Below are positions 55,991 through 62,217 of a stretch of 64,000 nt of DNA, piece after piece. The notes under the pieces were generated by a model. That model was not told the DNA's origin. It worked only from the letters and a program-made list of their open reading frames with translations, and ran no database searches. Where the stretch lies: contig CAXXUI010000002.1 in the NCBI GenBank assembly GCA_963662745.2, positions 1,176,024-1,240,023 of the forward strand, in the 5' to 3' direction. This DNA is from Bryobacterales bacterium (GTDB lineage Bacteria; Acidobacteriota; Terriglobia; Bryobacterales; UBA6623). How positions within the stretch are numbered: position 1 is the first letter of the stretch; every line of letters begins with the position of its first letter. Made by a program: the position numbers and the translations under genes.

Positions 55991-56701
55991 GTGAGTCAGT
56001 TGGAGGCGAGGAACTGCGCGGGGTCTCTGCTGGCTGCCCTCGCTTGGGCGCTGGCCTCGTGCGGGTCTCCACAGCCGGCGGCGGCTCCCGAGGCCGGCCG
56101 CGAGGCCGGTCACGCCCCCGAAGCCGCCGAGGCTCGTCCCGCGAGCGACCCCCGCCCCGTGTTGGTGGCGTTCGGCGACAGCCTCACGGCCGGGCAGCGA
56201 GTGGGGCCGGGCGAGTCCTATCCCGACCTGCTGCAGCGCGAGCTGGACCGGCGCGGACTGTCCTACCGCGTGGTGAACGAAGGCGTGAGCGGGGACACGA
56301 CCGCGCGGGCGCTGGCCCGGGTGGGAGCCGCCCTCGCGCACGACCCCGAGTGGGCGGTGGTCGCCTTGGGGGCGAACGATGGCTTGCGCGGCCTGCCGAT
56401 CGACGCGATGGAGGCCAATCTGGCCGAGATCGTGAGCGGCTTCGAGGCTGCCGGGACCCAGGTCCTCCTCGCTGGGATGATGCTGCCGCGCAACTACGGG
56501 CCCGAGTACGTCGGGGACTTCGAGGCCGTCTACCCCCGCTTGGCCGAGCGCGCCGGCCTGCCGCTGATTCCGTTCCTGCTGCAGGATGTGGCCATGGTGC
56601 GGGAGCTCAACAACGCCGACGGCATCCATCCCAACGCCGACGGCAACCGCATCGTCGCCCGGCATGTGGCCGACGCCTTCGAGGCCTTGGTGGTGCAGTG
56701 A
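55991..56701 (+). CDS. SGNH/GDSL hydrolase (TesA-like arylesterase / acyl-CoA thioesterase I), lipoprotein-like signal
   Basis: AFGDSLTAG, GVSGDTT, LGANDGLRG and DGIHPN blocks. Divergent from a ybbA-like ATPase, as in the E. coli tesA-ybbA arrangement. Uses a GTG 55991 start. Confidence 0.85.
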   Translation: MSQLEARNCAGSLLAALAWALASCGSPQPAAAPEAGREAGHAPEAAEARPASDPRPVLVAFGDSLTAGQRVGPGESYPDLLQRELDRRGLSYRVVNEGVSGDTTARALARVGAALAHDPEWAVVALGANDGLRGLPIDAMEANLAEIVSGFEAAGTQVLLAGMMLPRNYGPEYVGDFEAVYPRLAERAGLPLIPFLLQDVAMVRELNNADGIHPNADGNRIVARHVADAFEALVVQ

Positions 56702-56710
56702 AATGCCCTG

Positions 56711-57121
56711 TCAGGGCCGGTTGACCAGGAATGTCGCGACTTCGGCGAAGAAGGCGAGCAGGGCCTTGGCCGCCTCGTCCGGCAGCTCCGCCTTGGCTAG
56801 TGCGTTCGTCATCAGCCGCATCCACCGGTTTCGGGCGGCAGTGTCAATCGGGAAGGGCATGTGGCGCATGCGCAGGCGGGGGTGGCCGCGCTCCCGGATG
56901 TAGCGCTGCGGGCCTCCGAAGCGACCGACGAGGAAGTCCCTGAGCCGGATGCGCGCCTCCTCCAGCTGCCCCTCCGGATACATCGGGCCTAGCAGGCCGT
57001 CTTCGGGCACTTGCGCGTAGAACGCCCGCGTCAGGCGCTCGAAGCCGTCTTCTCCGACGATCTCGTAGAGTGTGCGTCCCACTTCCCTTTCACTATGTCC
57101 GCCGCCACCGGTGTGGCGCAA
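56711..57121 (-). CDS. Group II truncated hemoglobin (GlbO-like)
   Basis: FERLTRAFYAQV...GPMYP...FLVGRFGGPQRYIRERGHPRLRMRHMPFPI...RNRWMRLM fits the trHb group II pattern. The start is uncertain. Confidence 0.8.
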   Translation of the reverse strand: MRHTGGGGHSEREVGRTLYEIVGEDGFERLTRAFYAQVPEDGLLGPMYPEGQLEEARIRLRDFLVGRFGGPQRYIRERGHPRLRMRHMPFPIDTAARNRWMRLMTNALAKAELPDEAAKALLAFFAEVATFLVNRP

Positions 57122-57156
57122 CCCCCGGCTCGGGAAACATCCGCTTGCCCCTGCGG

Positions 57157-57828
57157 ATGCTGCTAGTATGCAATCCAGTGACGCACTGGAAGAGTACTCT
57201 ACTGATTGCTGCCGGGCTCAGCTGGTCGGCCCTGCCAATTCCGGCCGAGGAGGGCTTCGAGTCGCTGTTCGACGGCCGGACGCTGGACGGCTGGGTGCTG
57301 CTCGGCCAGCACGGCGAGGGCTACACGGTGGGGGACGGCAAGATCGTGTGCGCCGCCGGAAGCGGCGGCAACTTGCTCTCGGCCGCCGAATACTCCGATT
57401 TCGTGCTGCGCTTCGAGTTCAAGCTCGAGAGCGGCTCCAACAACGGCCTCTGCATCCGCTGCCCGCTGGCTTGGCGGGCGCTCGCGTACGACGGCAATGA
57501 GTTGCAGATCATCGACAACAGCGCCGAGCGCTACGCCAACATCCAGCCCTGGCAGAAGCACGGCTCGCTATACAATGTCGCGCCGGCCAAGACGGGAGCG
57601 CTCAAGCCGGTCGGCGAGTGGAACGAGCAGCAAGTGACGGTCGACGGATCGCGGGTCGAGGTGGTCCTCAACGGGGTCCGGATCCTCGAGTTCGACACGG
57701 AGCAGGTGCGCGACGCGCAGACGCTGGCGCGGCATCCCGGCCTGCGCCGCACTTCGGGACACATCGGGTTCCTAGGGCACAACGAGCCCATCGAGTTCCG
57801 GAACATCCGGATCCGGCGGCTGCGGTGA
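57157..57828 (+). CDS. DUF1080 (3-keto-disaccharide hydrolase-like, concanavalin-type) domain protein, secreted
   Basis: FESLFDGRTLDGW, NLLSAAEYSDFVLRFEFKLESGSNNGL, GEWNEQQVTVDG and GHIGFLGHNEPIEFRNIRI. Confidence 0.8.
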   Translation: MLLVCNPVTHWKSTLLIAAGLSWSALPIPAEEGFESLFDGRTLDGWVLLGQHGEGYTVGDGKIVCAAGSGGNLLSAAEYSDFVLRFEFKLESGSNNGLCIRCPLAWRALAYDGNELQIIDNSAERYANIQPWQKHGSLYNVAPAKTGALKPVGEWNEQQVTVDGSRVEVVLNGVRILEFDTEQVRDAQTLARHPGLRRTSGHIGFLGHNEPIEFRNIRIRRLR

Positions 57829-57929
57829 CAAGGCGCGCCGCGGACGGGTCGCGAGCGCGTGCCTTCTGCCAAGCTGTCGCGCTATGCCCGCAGCTGGACA
57901 TTTCTGACTGATCGCAATGGAGGCTCCCT

Positions 57930-59168
57930 ATGTTTCGCTGGCTGTCCCGTGACCGCCGATCCTTTCTTCGCTCCGCCGTGGGCGCCCCGCTGACGGGACT
58001 CGCTGCGGCCGGCTCCGCGAAGGCCGCCAAGGGGAAGAAGGAGGCGCCCGCTGTGCGGGATGTTCTCGGAGAGCTCGGCGTGCGGACGTTCATCAACGCC
58101 GCAGGCACCTACACGCGGCTGACCGCCTCCAAGATGCCCCCGGAGGTGCTGAGCGCCATGCAGCGGGCCTCGACCCAGTACGCCGACCTCGGCGAGCTGC
58201 ACGAGAAGGCCGGGGCCAGGATCGCCGAGCTCCTAGAGTGCGAAGCGGCGCTCGTCACCGCCGGTTGCGCATCGGCCCTCACATTGGGCACGGCCGCCTG
58301 CGTGGCCGGCGCCGACGCCGAACGCATCCGCCGTCTCCCCGACACGTCCGGCATGCGGGACCAGGTCGTCCTGCAGAAGGCGCACCGCAACAGCTACGAC
58401 CACGCTGTCCGCAACTGCGGCGTGCGGCTGGTTGAGGTCGAGACGGCGCGCGAGCTCCGCGACGCGATCAGCGAGCGCACCGCCATGCTCTTCTTCCTCA
58501 ACCATGCCGAGAACGAAGGCCAGGTGGGGCATGAGGAGTTCGTCCGCATTGGCAGGGAGAGCGGTGTGCCGACGCTCAACGACGCGGCGGCCGACGTGCC
58601 GCCGGTCGAGAACCTGTTTAGGTTCACCAAGATGGGCTACGACTTGGTGGCCGTCTCGGGTGGCAAGGGCCTGCGCGGGCCCCAGTCGGCGGGGCTGCTG
58701 CTGGGCCGCAAGGACCTGATCGAGGCGGCCCGGCTGAACAACAGCCCGCACTCGGACTCGGTGGGGCGGACGAACAAGGTCAACAAGGAGGAGATCGTCG
58801 GCATGCTGGTCGCGCTGGAGCTGTTCCTCGACCGCGACCACGAGCAGGTCTGGGTGGAGTGGGCGAAGCGCTGCAGGCGGATTGAGCAGGCCGTCAGCGG
58901 ACTACCCGGTGTCGGCACCGAGGTCTTCGTGCCCGGCATCGCCAACGCGGTCCCTCACGTGCGCGTGCGGTGGGACTACGCCGGTACGGGCTTGGCGCCG
59001 AAGCAGGCTGCGACGCAGCTGCGGGACGGCGACCCGAGCATCGAGGTCCGCCCCGGATTCGACGATGGGCTGACGTTCGGCGTTTGGATGATGGATGCGG
59101 GGGACGAGCGAGTGGTCGGCCGGCGCCTCCGCGCGGTGCTGGCAGGGGCGATCCGGGAGACGGTCTAG
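57930..59168 (+). CDS. SelA-like (L-seryl-tRNA(Sec) selenium transferase family / DgaE-like) PLP-dependent enzyme with Tat-type signal
   Basis: SRDRRSFLRSAVGAPLTGLAAAGSAKA (RR-x-F-L). INAAGTYTRL, ALVTAGCASALT and VSGGKGLRGPQSAGLL (PLP Lys region). Confidence 0.6.
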   Translation: MFRWLSRDRRSFLRSAVGAPLTGLAAAGSAKAAKGKKEAPAVRDVLGELGVRTFINAAGTYTRLTASKMPPEVLSAMQRASTQYADLGELHEKAGARIAELLECEAALVTAGCASALTLGTAACVAGADAERIRRLPDTSGMRDQVVLQKAHRNSYDHAVRNCGVRLVEVETARELRDAISERTAMLFFLNHAENEGQVGHEEFVRIGRESGVPTLNDAAADVPPVENLFRFTKMGYDLVAVSGGKGLRGPQSAGLLLGRKDLIEAARLNNSPHSDSVGRTNKVNKEEIVGMLVALELFLDRDHEQVWVEWAKRCRRIEQAVSGLPGVGTEVFVPGIANAVPHVRVRWDYAGTGLAPKQAATQLRDGDPSIEVRPGFDDGLTFGVWMMDAGDERVVGRRLRAVLAGAIRETV

Positions 59169-59170
59169 CC

Positions 59171-61111
59171 GTGCTCTACGGCAGGCACTACTGGCGAGAG
59201 TGCAAGCCGAGCCGCTCCAAGCTTGAGCGGGCGGACGTCCGAAGCTGCCTCCGTGCGGTCGACCGTTGGGTGGCCAATCCCAGGCATCCGGGACTGAACT
59301 TCGAGCGCTTGGGCTCGGGGTCGCGTCAGAACCATTGCTCGATTCGCGCCTCCAAGGAGCTGAGGGTGATCCTCGCCGTGGAAGGCCTCCGGGGGCAGTC
59401 GCCCCCTCGTCGGTTCGCCCCGATCAACATGGGGCACCATGACCGGATGTACGGTTGGGCCAAGCGGCAGAGGTACCGAACCGACTTTCAGGATTGCGTC
59501 GAGTTCGCCGATGAGCGGAGAGGGGAGGGCTCCGGCGCGGAGGACGGGGACAGCGCCTCCCGCCCCCCGGTCGGCTACCGCGAGTGGATGCTGTTCCCGA
59601 CCAAGCAGCAGCGCGGGCACATCCGGCGGACCCATACCGGCGCCGCCCGCGTCCGGGGTTCCGCTGGCTCGGGCAAGACCGTCGTCGCGCTGCACCGCGC
59701 CGCCCATCTCGGGCGGCTGTACGGCGGGGAGCGTGTCCTCGTCACAACCTTCAGCCGCTCGCTCTGCAACTACATGGCGGCGAGTTTCCGGGAGCTGCCC
59801 GGTGCGCCGGAGAATGTCGACTTCATCAACATTGACAGCTTGGCGGCCAAGATCGTCCCTCCCTCCGGGCGCGTCGAACGCGTCAGGGTGAATCAGGCGT
59901 TCGATCAGGCGTTCCGGGAGGCCGTTCCGGACGATGTGGCGGCCAGGTTTTCGCGCGAATACCTCAAGGAGGAGGTCCGCCGCGTGATCAAGGGGCGGGA
60001 CGCCAAGCGGGCGGAGTACGTGGATGCCGGGCGCTTCGAGCGGTTCGGCCGCAAGCGGCCGATGAAGAGGCGCGACCGGGAGGTTTGCTGGCGACTGCGG
60101 GAGATGTGGGACCAATGCCTGAGGCGGCGCCGCGCGGACACCTTCGAGGACCGTCTGATCCAGGCGCGGAACCGAGCGTGGGAGGCGGCCGAGCCGATGT
60201 ACCGTGCGGCGATCCTCGACGAGGGGCAGGATATGACCTTGGTGGGCGTGCAGCTCGTGCGGGCCTTGGTGGCCGGCCGCCCGGAGAACCCACTGCCCCG
60301 CAACGCCCTGCTGGTGCTGGACGATTCGGCCCAGCGGATCTATCCGGGCGGCTACAAGCCCAAATGGGCGCAGCTGGACTTCAGCGGGAACTCGAAGTTC
60401 CTGCGGCGCAACTACAGGAACTCCAAGGCGATCTTCAACGCGGCCCGCGAGGTGCGCGGCTCCGCGGTGGTCGGCAAGGACGACAACGCCGACGGTTCGG
60501 TTGACGCCGTCGAGTTCGAACGCGGCGAGGGCCGGCGCCCGACATTCATCCCCGCTGAGGCTGGCGAATGCCCGGCCATCCTGAAGGAGATCCGGAGGCT
60601 TGTCGACGACCAGGAGTACACCTTAGAGGAGATCGCCGTGCTAACTCGGAGCAATGCCGACGTCAAGAAGCTGCTGGAGTACTTGGCTAGCCATGGACTG
60701 AAGTGCGACAATCTGCAGGCTCTCAAGTTTCCCTCGGGACTCGGCCCCGGCGTGCGAGTGGGGACGTTCGACCGGGCCAAGGGGCTGGAGTTCCGGGCAG
60801 TGTTCATCGTCCGTCTGGGGAGGACCGTCTTTCCTCTGGATCGCGAGGAGCGCGGCCGTTTCCACCAAGGTACTCTGGACCTAGACCGGGGGAGCGCCGG
60901 CCGGTCCGTTCCGCTGACCGATGAGGAAAAGGAGCAGCGACAGCTGCACCTAGACAGGCTCTACGTGGCGATGACCAGGGCGCGGGACCGCCTGTACTTG
61001 GTCTCCAACGAACCGCCCTGCGAGGAGGTGGCACGCGCCAGACGGCACTTCCGCGTGCCTTCGGGTGGCTTCCCGCCGTCATGGACGGCACCTGCCCCCC
61101 GCGGGTCCTGA
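59171..61111 (+). CDS. SF1 UvrD-like helicase with an N-terminal RelE/ParE-fold toxin-like domain
   Basis: GTG 59171 lies 2 nt after the upstream stop. The N-terminus NPRHPGLNFERLGSGSRQNHCSIRASKELRVILAVEG...INMGHHDRMY resembles RelE/ParE. Walker A GSAGSGKTV, AILDEGQDMT, RNYRNSKAI, VGTFDRAKGLEFRAVFIV and LYVAMTRARDRLYL. Confidence 0.75.
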   Translation: MLYGRHYWRECKPSRSKLERADVRSCLRAVDRWVANPRHPGLNFERLGSGSRQNHCSIRASKELRVILAVEGLRGQSPPRRFAPINMGHHDRMYGWAKRQRYRTDFQDCVEFADERRGEGSGAEDGDSASRPPVGYREWMLFPTKQQRGHIRRTHTGAARVRGSAGSGKTVVALHRAAHLGRLYGGERVLVTTFSRSLCNYMAASFRELPGAPENVDFINIDSLAAKIVPPSGRVERVRVNQAFDQAFREAVPDDVAARFSREYLKEEVRRVIKGRDAKRAEYVDAGRFERFGRKRPMKRRDREVCWRLREMWDQCLRRRRADTFEDRLIQARNRAWEAAEPMYRAAILDEGQDMTLVGVQLVRALVAGRPENPLPRNALLVLDDSAQRIYPGGYKPKWAQLDFSGNSKFLRRNYRNSKAIFNAAREVRGSAVVGKDDNADGSVDAVEFERGEGRRPTFIPAEAGECPAILKEIRRLVDDQEYTLEEIAVLTRSNADVKKLLEYLASHGLKCDNLQALKFPSGLGPGVRVGTFDRAKGLEFRAVFIVRLGRTVFPLDREERGRFHQGTLDLDRGSAGRSVPLTDEEKEQRQLHLDRLYVAMTRARDRLYLVSNEPPCEEVARARRHFRVPSGGFPPSWTAPAPRGS

Positions 61112-61140
61112 GGCGCGGGCTGGTAGGTCCGGACCGCCGC

Positions 61141-61611
61141 CTAGTCCGTCCCGTCGCTCTCTCCCAACAGGCTCCCAATTTCCCTGTCCAGCAGGATCTT
61201 GCGTGGCGATCCAACCCATTTCTTGTGGATCGTGCCGTCGGGATGCACGAAGTACGTGGTCGGCAGCCGGTTGACTTGGCCGAATCCGCGAGTGACGCTC
61301 TCATCAGCCACGAGCACCAGATACGAGGGCTCGTGCTCCTCGATGAACGGCCGGACCGCGTCCCAGCCTTGCCGGTCTACGGAGATTCCCACAATGGTCA
61401 AGCCCGAATCGGAGTGGGCCGCCAGTGCATCGTTGAACAGCGCCACCTCCTCGATGCAAGGTGGGCACCATGTGGCCCAGAAGTTCACCAGAAGGGGCTT
61501 GCCGGTTGAGTCCTCGTTGGTCCAAGTGCGGCCGTTCACATCCTGCAAGTGGATCTCCAGTAGGTCGTCGCCGTGGGCGAGCGGGCCGCTCTCCTCGCCC
61601 TCCGCGTGCAA
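61141..61611 (-). CDS. TlpA/ResA-like thiol-disulfide oxidoreductase (thioredoxin fold). The annotated ORF lacks its membrane anchor, and the anchor region upstream (to 61749) carries 3 in-frame TAG codons.
   Basis: KPLLVNFWATWCPPCIEE (WCxxC). The upstream in-frame sequence reads MSGHLRTIKLLLIA*AVVSVLIGVVTSVVNMAG*MDKILGNLP*PDLHAEGEE. Confidence 0.75.
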   Translation of the reverse strand: MHAEGEESGPLAHGDDLLEIHLQDVNGRTWTNEDSTGKPLLVNFWATWCPPCIEEVALFNDALAAHSDSGLTIVGISVDRQGWDAVRPFIEEHEPSYLVLVADESVTRGFGQVNRLPTTYFVHPDGTIHKKWVGSPRKILLDREIGSLLGESDGTD

Positions 61612-62217
61612 GTCGGGCTACGGAAGATTCCCGAGGATCTTGTCCATCTACCCAGCCATGTTCACCACTGACGTGACGACGCCGATTAGGACGGAAACAA
61701 CCGCCTACGCGATCAGCAGCAGCTTGATGGTCCTGAGATGGCCGGACATCTCACGAATCGCGCCGGTGAGGAATCGGATCGCATCTGGTGCAACGGGGAA
61801 TCGGGAATCGTTCGGGCTCGCTTCGAAGGGGGCTTGCCTCAGCAGTGGCTCCAGTGCCAGAGCCGCGCTGAAGGAGTCGGGATTCCGCTTCGCACGACAG
61901 CGGTGTCCAGATGGTTGAATTCATTCTGGGCCACGGCTAGGGCCCTATCGGCGAGTAGGCCGCGGTGGATGCGCCGGCGGAATCGAAACCGGGCGTCTCC
62001 CAGCGCAGCGGTCCGCGGATCCGCCGCTGAAGTGCGGCCCCAACGCGAGTGCTGGGGGAGAGGCGGCCCGCAGGAAATCGGGACAGCCCATCCAGCCTCC
62101 TGCTGGTTCCGACAGCACGAGTCGTAGTACGCTACGAGAGGTGCGATTCGATTGGCCCGCGACGTGAGTAGCGTCCCGGTCGCGTGCTGGTCCCGTGGAT
62201 TGCCGGGAGGCGGATGG

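Noticed and set aside
59171-61111. Gabija (GajB-like UvrD helicase) or another two-gene helicase defence system.
   Set aside because: There is no GajA-like ATPase/Toprim nuclease or other partner adjacent. The neighbours are a Tat-exported PLP enzyme and a convergent thioredoxin gene. I kept it only as a single-gene fusion observation.
61141-61749. Genome-wide amber (TAG) recoding or pyrrolysine to explain the in-frame TAGs in the TlpA anchor and in DUF4338.
   Set aside because: TAG clearly terminates several well-defined genes in the window: pdxS at 25231-25233, the SelA-like gene at 59166-59168 and the deacetylase at 7736-7738. Other pseudogenes here use TGA or TAA. No pyl genes are visible.
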